Assembly: GCA_937893155.1 (NCBI GenBank)
Contig: CALBGU010000081.1
Span: 9,633-73,632 of the forward strand
Reading direction: 5' to 3'
Length of the DNA stretch: 64,000 nt
Source of the DNA: an uncultured Treponema sp.
Lineage (GTDB): Bacteria; Spirochaetota; Spirochaetia; Treponematales; Treponemataceae
Made by a program: the position numbers and the translations under genes. The notes beneath the pieces are model-generated. The model searched no databases, had not been told where the DNA came from, and worked only from the letters and a program-made list of their open reading frames with translations. Position 1 is the first letter of the stretch, and the number at the start of each line of letters is the position of its first letter. Of the stretch, positions 9,828 through 18,663 are shown one piece after another.

Positions 9828-10058
9828 AAAAATAATGTGTTTTTTGAAAAAAGGTACGTCATTTGAAACAAAAAGCACATCATTTAGAAGAAAAACAATG
9901 TGCTTTATAAAAATAACAACGTCGTTTGGAAGAAAAACAACGTTGTTTATGAAAAAAACAATGTGCTTTATGCGATAAACAACGTTGTTTAAGAATAAAA
10001 CCACATTGATTTTGAATGAAACAATGTGGTTTTTGATAAAAATGAGATAGTTTTTGAA
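9828..10058. repeat. 21-bp degenerate tandem repeat, about 11 copies
   Basis: Units every 21 bp from 9828 (9891, 9912, 9933, 9954, 9975...); the perfect palindrome AAACAACGTTGTTT occurs at 9935 and 9977. Confidence 0.9.
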
Positions 10059-10064
10059 GAAAAA

Positions 10065-10209
10065 GATTCCAGCGTCAAGAACGGGAATGACACAGGCACC
10101 GCCTGTCTTTCAAAAAACAATGACAACGCCGCAAAATGTCATGCAGAACTCGTTTCTGCGTCTCTCACTGCCCATTTGAATGAGATGCCGAATCAAGTTC
10201 GGAATGACA
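10065..10209. repeat. Cluster of REP-like palindromic elements ending in ATGACA
   Basis: GATTCCAGCGTCAAGAACGGGAATGACA (10065-10092), plus the inverted pair TGTCATGCAGAACTCGTTTCTGCGTCTC (10137-10164) and GAGATGCCGAATCAAGTTCGGAATGACA (10182-10209). Confidence 0.75.
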
Positions 10210-10227
10210 GCAGCTCTTTTTGCTTCC

Positions 10228-11292
10228 CTAATTCGTTATCTTGTAAAGCGCAACTTCGTCGATTTCTCTGTTTGCGCCGATGAGCATATCCTCGCCCTTT
10301 TTGTTCACAAAGTGCACTACATTCGCGCAACCAGTGTTTTTGTCGATATACTCCGTTTTGTAATCGCCAGAATCCGCGTCCCATGTGATTGCAATCGTGT
10401 CTTTTGTGCCTTTTCGCCAGCCGACAATCCACGTCGGTTTTCCCAGCAATTCGCACGCCCACGTCGCATGAACCATTTCGGTTTCGCTTTCCGGGCGGTT
10501 GTATTTCCACTGCGGAACGTAATTTCCATATTCATCAAGATGATAAATCACGATAGAATTGCCGTGGAACGGGCTTATGCAGCCCAGCTCCAGATTTCCG
10601 TCGCCATCAAAATCGATAAGCACCGAATCGCTGGAAGGCACGGCGGAAATCTGCGAAACCTCCCATTTTGCGCCCAAAACAGCAGGCGGGTCAAAAATAA
10701 AAGTGCCCTCCTCACAAGCAACCAGAGCCGCATCGTGCCCGCCGTGCTTTATTTTTGCAAAACCGTGATTTCGGAGCATATTGTCTTTTACCAATTCCAG
10801 CGAAAGCGGATTTTCATCGCAAAAAGAGGAAATATCGCGCGGAAGAGCCGCCCCGAAACACGCGCCGGGGAATCGCCAGTCGTTTTTGTATTCGTGCCCG
10901 CTTTTGAGAGCACACGCAAGGAGATAATTCGTGCCGCCGCGCTCCAAAATCCCGAAGCGATGCACAAACGGCACACGGCAAAGCGTTTTTACTTCCCAGT
11001 TGTCTTTTGATTTCGGCGAAACCGCTACGATTTTTGCTTGCACAGAATCGTTTGGCGAAAAAAATTCGTGCGTCGCCAAAAACTGCCCGTCAGTGCCGGG
11101 AATCTGCGCCATTGTCATCACACCGCCGGGCGCACTCCAGACGGTTTCCAATTTTTCGCCGGTTTCCGAAAAAAGATAACACGGGTCGCTCTTTTCTGCC
11201 GCCACCAAAAAGCACCGCTCGCCTTTGTACTGCAATTCTGCAATCGAATAGCATTTGGTAAGATTGGAAATAATTTTTTTCTCCACGTTCAT
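10228..11292 (-). CDS. Cytoplasmic beta-propeller-like protein (FG-GAP/VCBS-like motif), last gene of the ula operon
   Basis: DFDGDGNLEL motif, repeated beta-strand pattern, several His (FVHRF, RNHGF, PFHGN, MVHATW), no signal peptide, AGGAG RBS. Confidence 0.75.
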   Translation of the reverse strand: MNVEKKIISNLTKCYSIAELQYKGERCFLVAAEKSDPCYLFSETGEKLETVWSAPGGVMTMAQIPGTDGQFLATHEFFSPNDSVQAKIVAVSPKSKDNWEVKTLCRVPFVHRFGILERGGTNYLLACALKSGHEYKNDWRFPGACFGAALPRDISSFCDENPLSLELVKDNMLRNHGFAKIKHGGHDAALVACEEGTFIFDPPAVLGAKWEVSQISAVPSSDSVLIDFDGDGNLELGCISPFHGNSIVIYHLDEYGNYVPQWKYNRPESETEMVHATWACELLGKPTWIVGWRKGTKDTIAITWDADSGDYKTEYIDKNTGCANVVHFVNKKGEDMLIGANREIDEVALYKITN

Positions 11293-11306
11293 ACAAAACT
11301 CCTTGT

Positions 11307-12176
11307 TTACGCAATTTCTGCCGCATTGTTTTTCAAAATATGCCCATCAATAATTCTGCTCATATTTTGGTACGCAAAGCGAATATCATCTTTCCACGAA
11401 TCTTTTCCCGTATCCCACATTTCCGTAACGAACCGCCGAACGCCAAGGTCCAGCGTCTTTTTTATCACGGTGGCAAAATCCACGTGTCCGGTCAAAAATG
11501 GAATTTCGCGGAATTTTCCCGGCACAGTTTCTTTGAGGTGCAACGCAAAAATGTGCGAGCGACCGCTTTCCAAATCATCTAAAACACTTGAGCCATACGT
11601 TTTTGCCGCGTTCGTAAGATTGCCAGAATCAGGATAGACGCCAAGATACGGATTTTTTACCAGATTGACGTATTTCATCGCCTTTTCGGTCGTGTTCATA
11701 AACTCGGTTTCCATCGTTTCAAACGCCAAAATAATGCCACGCGCCGAAGCCATCAACACCGCTTTTGAGAGATTTTCAGCAAAAAGCCGCCTGCTTTCAG
11801 CCGTCCCGCGCTCGTAATACACATCGTAGCCTGCAAGTTGGATTATGCGAATGCCCAAATCATCAGCCAAAATTATCGCTTTTTCCATAATTTCGAGGCT
11901 GCGATTTCGCACCGCTTCATCAGACGCGCCGAACGGATATTTTCGATGCCCCGAAAGGCACATACTGCGAATCGGAATGCCGATTTCCTGCATCAAGCGC
12001 ACGAGTTCCGCCCGCTCTTGAGCCGTCCAATTCAAGCGAGAGAGTTTTTCGTCCGTTTCGTCAATGCTGATTTCCACAAAATCATAGCCGCACTCTTTTG
12101 CACAGAGCAATTTTTCCTTCCAGTCCAGTGATTTGGGCATAGCTTTCTCGTAAAGCCCTATTGAATAAGGTTTCAT
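11307..12176 (-). CDS. ulaE: L-ribulose-5-phosphate 3-epimerase (L-xylulose-5-P 3-epimerase)
   Basis: GLYEKAMP, VEISIDETDEKLSRL, SMCLSGHRKYPFG, IQLAGYDVYY, YPDSGNL and HLKET motifs. Confidence 0.96.
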   Translation of the reverse strand: MKPYSIGLYEKAMPKSLDWKEKLLCAKECGYDFVEISIDETDEKLSRLNWTAQERAELVRLMQEIGIPIRSMCLSGHRKYPFGASDEAVRNRSLEIMEKAIILADDLGIRIIQLAGYDVYYERGTAESRRLFAENLSKAVLMASARGIILAFETMETEFMNTTEKAMKYVNLVKNPYLGVYPDSGNLTNAAKTYGSSVLDDLESGRSHIFALHLKETVPGKFREIPFLTGHVDFATVIKKTLDLGVRRFVTEMWDTGKDSWKDDIRFAYQNMSRIIDGHILKNNAAEIA

Positions 12177-12216
12177 AACGTCCTCCGTTTGAGAAAAAAT
12201 AGTGTAAAAAGGATTT

Positions 12217-13023
12217 TTAAGACTGAGCGAAAATCAACACCGACAAAAGACTTGCCGCCGACAAAAGCCCCGCTGCCAAGAGCGCGATGCCCGCAATGAG
12301 CGCCGCAGGCTCGGCTTTATGCTCCAAGACGGTCTTTTCTTGTGCGTCGTAATACAGCATTATGGAAGCGCCTTGCTTAAAACTGTCTTTTCGGCTTGAG
12401 TTTACGATAAGACGGCGGATATTTTTCTTTCCGTTAAGCAAAAATTCCACAACAGGATAATATGAAAATCGTGAACCGCAGATAATTTTGGTTTCTTTTG
12501 AAAGTTGCCGCACATAAATATCAATTATTTTGGCGGAAATGGGCGAAAGATTGCGATTTTTCAAATCAATAAAATGGAAAAGCAATGCAAATCCCGCTCC
12601 CAGCATAATGGTGCACAGATACACCATCGCCGCTTTTGGATTGCCGCGATTTTCGGCAAGGGCAAGCAAAATCAGCAGCGCGCCGCCCGTCATTACGGCA
12701 AGCGGGTGAAATATCCGTTCTGTTTTTTCGGCAATCACATTCTGCGCATTTTTGCCGCGGAGAATCTGGATTTCTTGATTTTCTGCATATTCCGTCGGAG
12801 ATTTCACGCTCATCATTTCGCCAGATGCGCTTTGAGCCGTAATCTCAAAATAATTAAAAACAGCGCGGTCTTTTTGGTCTTTTTTGACAATGCGGCGGCA
12901 TTTTTTTACCAACGCACTGACCGTGTTTTTGCGCCCAAAAAGCCACTGGCGCACTTGAGCCGAGCCAACCAGAAAAATAATAATGCCCGGAATATAAACG
13001 AAATATGCAGAAATTGTTTCCAT
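12217..13023 (-). CDS. Membrane protein, DUF3592-like tandem
   Basis: Four TM segments flanking two small beta-rich domains (YYPVVEF...G...LYYD); ATG directly follows the DeoR stop. Confidence 0.6.
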   Translation of the reverse strand: METISAYFVYIPGIIIFLVGSAQVRQWLFGRKNTVSALVKKCRRIVKKDQKDRAVFNYFEITAQSASGEMMSVKSPTEYAENQEIQILRGKNAQNVIAEKTERIFHPLAVMTGGALLILLALAENRGNPKAAMVYLCTIMLGAGFALLFHFIDLKNRNLSPISAKIIDIYVRQLSKETKIICGSRFSYYPVVEFLLNGKKNIRRLIVNSSRKDSFKQGASIMLYYDAQEKTVLEHKAEPAALIAGIALLAAGLLSAASLLSVLIFAQS

Positions 13024-13818
13024 TCACGTTTCCTCTTTTGCAAACATTACGTTAATGCCGTGAGCACGAAGTTTTTTAGCAATATCGCTGTCTTCCGCCA
13101 CGTCCGTTATCAATGTGTATGGACAGTCGTAAATACAACCGCCGTAACTCGACTCTGCCACGCCTCTGCTATGAAACTTAGTGTGGTCAGCAAGAATATA
13201 GAGATTGCCTTTCGTTCGGCTAATCATCGCTTCGTTAATCCCGATTTCAGTGGGAATATTGTATAAAAACTCGCCGTTCTCAAAAAACGCCGCACAGCCC
13301 AAAAAGGTTTTATCCGCGCGCAAATCAAGCAGATTTTTGACGACCATTTCGCCCGTCATAATGCGATTTCGGATTTCGCCTCCGCTCAAGCAGATTTTCA
13401 CGTTTTTGGGATACGATTCGTTTATCGCCCAGCCGTTGTTCGTAAACACCGACACATTTTTTTCGTCAACGTATTTGAGCATATCCAATGCGGTTCGGCT
13501 GCCGTTTATAAAAATTCTGTCGCCGTCATCAATGAGACTTGCCGCAAAACGCGAAATCACCCCGCGCGCTTTTAAAGCCTCGTCGCTAAAAAACGGAGTT
13601 GTATCGCTGTTTTCCTCAACCAAATTCGGAGCAATGACCCCGCCGTGAGTCCGCTTGAGCAACTTCTCAGACACAAGCGATTGCAAATCACGCCGCACCG
13701 TCATTGCAGAAATCTCGTATTGTTTTGCAATATCGTCAACAGAAATGCGCCCCTTGCTCAAAACCAGAGACAAAATGTCCGCCCGTCGCTGTTCAACGCT
13801 TGTTTGTTTGTTTTTCAT
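13024..13818 (-). CDS. DeoR/GlpR-family transcriptional regulator (UlaR-like)
   Basis: HTH ISAMTVRRDL...RTHGG and DeoR C-terminal domain (ADKTFLG, LADHTKF). Confidence 0.95.
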   Translation of the reverse strand: MKNKQTSVEQRRADILSLVLSKGRISVDDIAKQYEISAMTVRRDLQSLVSEKLLKRTHGGVIAPNLVEENSDTTPFFSDEALKARGVISRFAASLIDDGDRIFINGSRTALDMLKYVDEKNVSVFTNNGWAINESYPKNVKICLSGGEIRNRIMTGEMVVKNLLDLRADKTFLGCAAFFENGEFLYNIPTEIGINEAMISRTKGNLYILADHTKFHSRGVAESSYGGCIYDCPYTLITDVAEDSDIAKKLRAHGINVMFAKEET

Positions 13819-13840
13819 ATCTTTCTCCAAACACAAAGTT

Positions 13841-14506
13841 TCAGATATGATAAAGCAAATCGTGCCAATTCGCAATCGCTCCGCATTGATTGCCGTTAGG
13901 AAAAAATCTCAATGCTTGCAAGCCAGCATTCAACGCACCTTCCACATCGTGTTTCACGCTGTCGCCCACAAAAAGACACTCTTCAGCCGCCATCCGCGTT
14001 TTTTCAACGCAATAATCAAAAAATTGCTTTGCAGGTTTATCCGCCCCCGCCTCTTCGCTCGACACAACGTAATCCAAAAACGGCAACACCCCAATTTTCT
14101 CCAGCTTCAAAAACTGCACAAACGCCGTCATATTTGTGCCGACCGCAAGAAACAATCCGCGTTCTTTAAGTGCCCTCAGCGTGTCCAAAAGCCCGTCGAA
14201 CGCAACCGCATTTTCAATAAGCACCGACCAATACACATTGCTCATCTCAAGCGCATATTTCACGCTTTTTCCGTTTTGCGACAGCATATTCTGATAGCGA
14301 ATCAGCCTGTTATGCGCCGCCGCCACATCGCCGAATGTTTCAAACAGCATTTTCATCGTTTCATCGTGCAATGCTTGAAACTGCTCAAAACTCCAGCCAA
14401 AATGCTCGCTGACGAACTGGGCAAGCGCAAAAAAAGCCTTTTCGTTCGCATTTTTGAAACTATACAGCGTATCATCTAAATCAAAAATAACAGCCTTTAT
14501 CACCAC
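13841..14506 (-). CDS. HAD-superfamily hydrolase (phosphatase)
   Basis: FDLDDTL motif I, GTN, KP and VGDSVKHDVEGA motifs. Confidence 0.95.
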   Translation of the reverse strand: MVIKAVIFDLDDTLYSFKNANEKAFFALAQFVSEHFGWSFEQFQALHDETMKMLFETFGDVAAAHNRLIRYQNMLSQNGKSVKYALEMSNVYWSVLIENAVAFDGLLDTLRALKERGLFLAVGTNMTAFVQFLKLEKIGVLPFLDYVVSSEEAGADKPAKQFFDYCVEKTRMAAEECLFVGDSVKHDVEGALNAGLQALRFFPNGNQCGAIANWHDLLYHI

Positions 14507-14672
14507 TTTTCTTCCTTGTGTCTAAAAAGCAATTCTTGCGTTTTAAGCAAAAACGGCTTTTTAGACAAGCGACTTTTTCTTACACTGCTTAAAAATAACG
14601 ATTTACCTCTCACATCACACTCTTGCATTTCTAAGCATTTTGCGAAAAAAGTCGCTCATCAAAAATCAAACA

Positions 14673-14984
14673 TCAATCGTCAAGCAGACCAGCGTCTTTG
14701 AGCCCTGCCTCAATTTCCTTGTCAGACATCACATTCTTTAAGGGAATCAAAACCGTATTGCTTTTTGAAGCATCTTCAAAATTCTTTGCAAACGGCTTTG
14801 CGCAAAACACCACATCATAATTTCGGGCAGCACTCTTGCCTTCCGAAACGGGGCAATGGCGCAACTCAGCAGGCTTAATGCCGTTTCTGGTCATCACTTT
14901 TTTGATAGCGTTTTCCATCATCAGCGACGACCCCGCTCCGTTTGCACAACACGCCAAAATTCTCTTTCCATCTAATTTTGCCAT
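14673..14984 (-). CDS. ulaB: PTS ascorbate-family IIB component
   Basis: CANGAGSS P-loop; AGGAG RBS before MAKLDG. Confidence 0.92.
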   Translation of the reverse strand: MAKLDGKRILACCANGAGSSLMMENAIKKVMTRNGIKPAELRHCPVSEGKSAARNYDVVFCAKPFAKNFEDASKSNTVLIPLKNVMSDKEIEAGLKDAGLLDD

Positions 14985-15002
14985 AACAGAATCTCCTTGC
15001 AA

Positions 15003-16490
15003 TTATGCGTTTGCTTTGCGCTCTTTGTATGCTTCGTAATCCTCGGTGATAAGGAAGTAGCCTTTCGGGTCCATTCGATACTCAATCTGAGGAATTGCAA
15101 GCAACACGACCACCACAATGCCCACGCCAATGTAGCCCAGATAGTGCATTCCAGCCGTGAACAAAGGCCACACGGTATCCCAGTCGAACATTCCAAGGTA
15201 TCCGCCGTAGTTCGCCAAACCGACCCAGCCCGCGATGATAGCCGCACCAAACACCTGAATCAGCCCCGAGAAGAACGGAATGACCAAACACGCCTTCAGC
15301 CCGCCCTTTTCATTTGCCACCAAACCGATTGTTGCGTTGTCAAAGAACACAGGAACGAAACCGCAAATGATGATTGTCGGAGATTTCATCACAATAAGCG
15401 TGATAATCGCAATAATCTGCCCCGTCAAGCCAGCAAGGAAGCCGAATGTAACCGCGTTTGAATCGCCAAAGCCGTAGCACACCGCGCAGTCCACGCCCGG
15501 CACAGACGACGGCAACAATTTTTCCGCAATGCCTTGAAACGATGCTGTCAATTCCGTTACAAACGTGCGCACGCCCAACTGCAAAATCGCAAGGTACACC
15601 GCAAACTGCAACGAAGTATTGAACACATAGAACGCAAAATTCTCACTTTCTTTCGTTGCCTTTGCATTCACAAAGAACGGCTTTCCGATAACGCACATAA
15701 TGATACCGAAAAACACCGTCATCAAAATCGCCGTACACACCATATTCTCGTTAAAGATTGAGAAAAATCCCGGCAATTCCATTTCGCCGACTTTCTTTAC
15801 CTTGCGCTTGCCGCCCTTATCGCCAAAGAGCTTGTCTGCAAGGAAATAGCCCAAACGAATACCGAACATCTGCTGATGCGCAATCGCAAACCCCGCACCG
15901 TCAGAAAGCTCCTGCATCGGCTTAACCGTGAGATTTGAGCCGACCGCCCAATATGCGCCCAAAATCACCGACATCACAATCATCAGCGCCACGTTGTTTG
16001 CGCGCAACGCCGGCAATGCAAACAAAATGAGCCAATACGCCGTTGCCGCCTGCTGTACCTGAACGTGTCCGGTGGTAAAAAGCGTACGGCATTTCGTGAG
16101 CTTATTGAAACGCACCAGCAAAATATTCACGATGAACGCAATCAACAGCAGCGTCATAACCGCCGAAAATCCTTTGCCGAATACTTCTTCCACGCCCGCC
16201 GTAACCGCATTTTGACCATAATACGGGTCGATAACGCACGCCGTGAGGTTGAACCGCTCTTTCAACCCCGCCAAAATCGGACGGAACGTGCCTGTTAATC
16301 CGCCAGAACCGACGTTCAAAATAAGCATACCGATAATCGCCTTGAGCGTGCCCGCCAGCGTGTCATACCATTTTTTGCCCATCAAGCAATAGCCCAACAG
16401 CGTCAAAAAACCGACCATATACGGTGCTTTTTGCAGCACATACGTTGCAAAAAAAGTCCAAATTGCATTTAATACGCTAAGTACGACCAT
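15003..16490 (-). CDS. ulaA: PTS ascorbate-family IIC component
   Basis: FTTGHVQVQQ, AIAHQQM, GVRTFVTEL, PGVDCA, FFDNA and GMFDWD motifs. Confidence 0.96.
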   Translation of the reverse strand: MVVLSVLNAIWTFFATYVLQKAPYMVGFLTLLGYCLMGKKWYDTLAGTLKAIIGMLILNVGSGGLTGTFRPILAGLKERFNLTACVIDPYYGQNAVTAGVEEVFGKGFSAVMTLLLIAFIVNILLVRFNKLTKCRTLFTTGHVQVQQAATAYWLILFALPALRANNVALMIVMSVILGAYWAVGSNLTVKPMQELSDGAGFAIAHQQMFGIRLGYFLADKLFGDKGGKRKVKKVGEMELPGFFSIFNENMVCTAILMTVFFGIIMCVIGKPFFVNAKATKESENFAFYVFNTSLQFAVYLAILQLGVRTFVTELTASFQGIAEKLLPSSVPGVDCAVCYGFGDSNAVTFGFLAGLTGQIIAIITLIVMKSPTIIICGFVPVFFDNATIGLVANEKGGLKACLVIPFFSGLIQVFGAAIIAGWVGLANYGGYLGMFDWDTVWPLFTAGMHYLGYIGVGIVVVVLLAIPQIEYRMDPKGYFLITEDYEAYKERKANA

Positions 16491-16511
16491 AACAGCCTCC
16501 TTAAAAACTTT

Positions 16512-16994
16512 TTATTCTTCCTCGCACGGAAATTGCTTCACAGCCGCAAGAATATCCTCAGGAGTTTTCGCAGCCGCCAATGCATCAAGAAGCGGCTCAT
16601 TCATAAAAATCGCAGACAACTGCTCAATGTTGTCGATATGCTCGCTCGGATTCGCAGACGAAAGCGAGAAAAACAGATTTGCCTTTTTCTCCTCTCCGTC
16701 CTCGTCCACTCCGAAATCAATCAACTGCTTCGACACCATAAAGCCCACGCCCGTCTTATACGCGCCCGTTGCGTTTTCCTGCGTGTGCGGCATCGCTACA
16801 TTGTGCTCGAACACCACATATGGACCGTATTTTTCAATGCACGAAACAATCTGCGCGTGAAAATCAGGTGAAACCGAACCGTCCGCCACCAGCGGCAACA
16901 AACTGAGCTTTATCGCTTCCTGCCACGAAACGCCATCGCCGTCAATGAAACTAAAGTGCTTCCGCTCGACAATCCGCTCCAAAATATTCGCCAT
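16512..16994 (-). CDS. ulaC: PTS IIA component (Fru/Mtl type)
   Basis: WQEAI and YGPYVVFEHNVAMPH (phospho-His) motifs. Confidence 0.92.
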   Translation of the reverse strand: MANILERIVERKHFSFIDGDGVSWQEAIKLSLLPLVADGSVSPDFHAQIVSCIEKYGPYVVFEHNVAMPHTQENATGAYKTGVGFMVSKQLIDFGVDEDGEEKKANLFFSLSSANPSEHIDNIEQLSAIFMNEPLLDALAAAKTPEDILAAVKQFPCEEE

Positions 16995-17003
16995 ACGATT
17001 CTC

Positions 17004-18107
17004 CTACAGGCAAGAACGGAACGGAATATTCTGCGGCTGTTCAAAGCAGTCCTCAAAGCCACGTCGGTGATGATAATAGATTTTGTCCGCGTCCTGAGGA
17101 TACACATATTTTCCGCCGACCTGCCAAAAGAACGGGTGGAATTTGTATTCGTTGCGGTCTTTCTTGAAATCGTAGAGCACCTTAATTTCTTCGCAATCCG
17201 CCTGAAAGTTTGTCCACACGTCCCAGTGAATCGGAATAACGACCTTGCACCGCAGATTTTCCGCCATACGAAGCACATCAATGCTCGTCATTTTATCCTG
17301 CATACCAATCGGGTTTTCGCCAAACGAGCCGAACGCCACATCAATGTCGTGGTCTTTGCCGTGCTTTGCAAAATAAATCGAAAAATGCGAATCACCGGAA
17401 TGGTAAATATTGCCGCCGGGCGTTTTCACAAGATAATTCACCGCCTTCTCGTCCATATCCGTCGGACATTTTCCCGTCAACTCCTCGCGGTCAGGACCTG
17501 TCGAATCGGTCGTAACAATACAGGTGCGGTCAAAACTGTCAAGACACACAATCTCAATATCCTTGATTTTGATAACATCGCCGGGCTTTACCACGCGGCA
17601 ACGCTCCGCAGGCACACCCCATTTTACCCACGTATCCACCGATTTTTGCGGACCAATAAACGGCACGGGAATTTCATTGCCGTTTTCGTCCGTCGTCTTC
17701 ATCTCACTCTGAATCACATGCGCCGCCCACTCCGCAGACATGTGGTCCTGATGATAATGCGTTGCAAGCACCGCGTCCACTTTCTTGAACGCAAACGGGT
17801 CAATCACAAACGGCACATTGCGCAGATTCGGCTGCATTGCGCGAGCACCGCACATATTCGCCATCTGGTGTCCCACCGCCATCTTGCCGTTGCCGCGCGT
17901 GCGCTTGCCGTTGCCACACCACAGGTCAATCGTAATATTTGCGTCGCCGGGCGTTTTGAACCAAATGCCCGTGCAGCCCAGCCACCACATCGCCACGTTG
18001 CCGGGTTTCACCACCTCATTCTCGATGTCCTCAACCAGCCACGTTCCCCATTCTGGAAAAGTGTTCATAATCCAGTTTTCACGAGTCATTTCTGAAATCT
18101 TGCTCAT
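17004..18107 (-). CDS. ulaG: L-ascorbate-6-phosphate lactonase
   Basis: [37 protein letters not shown] and IPIHWDVW motifs. Confidence 0.97.
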   Translation of the reverse strand: MSKISEMTRENWIMNTFPEWGTWLVEDIENEVVKPGNVAMWWLGCTGIWFKTPGDANITIDLWCGNGKRTRGNGKMAVGHQMANMCGARAMQPNLRNVPFVIDPFAFKKVDAVLATHYHQDHMSAEWAAHVIQSEMKTTDENGNEIPVPFIGPQKSVDTWVKWGVPAERCRVVKPGDVIKIKDIEIVCLDSFDRTCIVTTDSTGPDREELTGKCPTDMDEKAVNYLVKTPGGNIYHSGDSHFSIYFAKHGKDHDIDVAFGSFGENPIGMQDKMTSIDVLRMAENLRCKVVIPIHWDVWTNFQADCEEIKVLYDFKKDRNEYKFHPFFWQVGGKYVYPQDADKIYYHHRRGFEDCFEQPQNIPFRSCL

Positions 18108-18151
18108 AAAAAGTACCTCTTGTAAAAAGTCGGTCGTGTGTTTCTGATTTT

Positions 18152-18179
18152 ATTATACGATACTTTTGTGAGAAGTCAA
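18152..18179 (-). promoter_or_regulatory. Promoter of the ula operon
   Basis: TTGACT-16-TATAAT upstream of ulaG. Confidence 0.7.
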
Positions 18180-18387
18180 ACATTTTTTTCATTTTTTTCG
18201 CATTTTTACGTTCATTTTGTTTATTATACAGAATAATATGCAACAAAACAAACAATAGTAACATAAACTACATTTCTCAACCCGCGCAATTCGTAGCGGC
18301 AAAAATGCAATACAAAGACACAAAGCACATTTGAAATTGAGAGAAAAAAAAGAATCGCACCTGAACGCAATCAAAGACAAGTGAATA

Positions 18388-18626
18388 TTTCCCGAACAGG
18401 TAAAGCCCGAAATGAACAAAAGCGAGCATTTCTTGAACAGGTAAAGTCTCAAATGAACATAAGCAACCTTTGCCTGAACAAAAAAAGTCTCAAATGAACA
18501 TAAGCAACCTTTGCCTGAACAAGTAAAGCCTCAAATGAACATAAGCGACCTTTGCCTGAACAAGTAAAGCCCCAAATGAACATAAGCGACCTTTGCCTGA
18601 ACAAAAAAAGCCAGAAACGAACAAAA
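18388..18626. repeat. 41-bp tandem repeat, about 6 copies
   Basis: AAATGAACA at 18410, 18451, 18492, 18533 and 18574; quasi-palindromic core TTTGCCTG-AA-CARGTAAA. Confidence 0.95.
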
Positions 18627-18663
18627 AAATATTTGCGAGAGAAGGATTTTTTACCGAAAACAG

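Noticed and set aside
16956..18095. Long antisense ORFs (also 2610-3443, 10180-11010, 38452-39678, 61925-62740)
   Set aside because: They are shadows of well-supported genes on the other strand, with no recognisable motifs or RBS.
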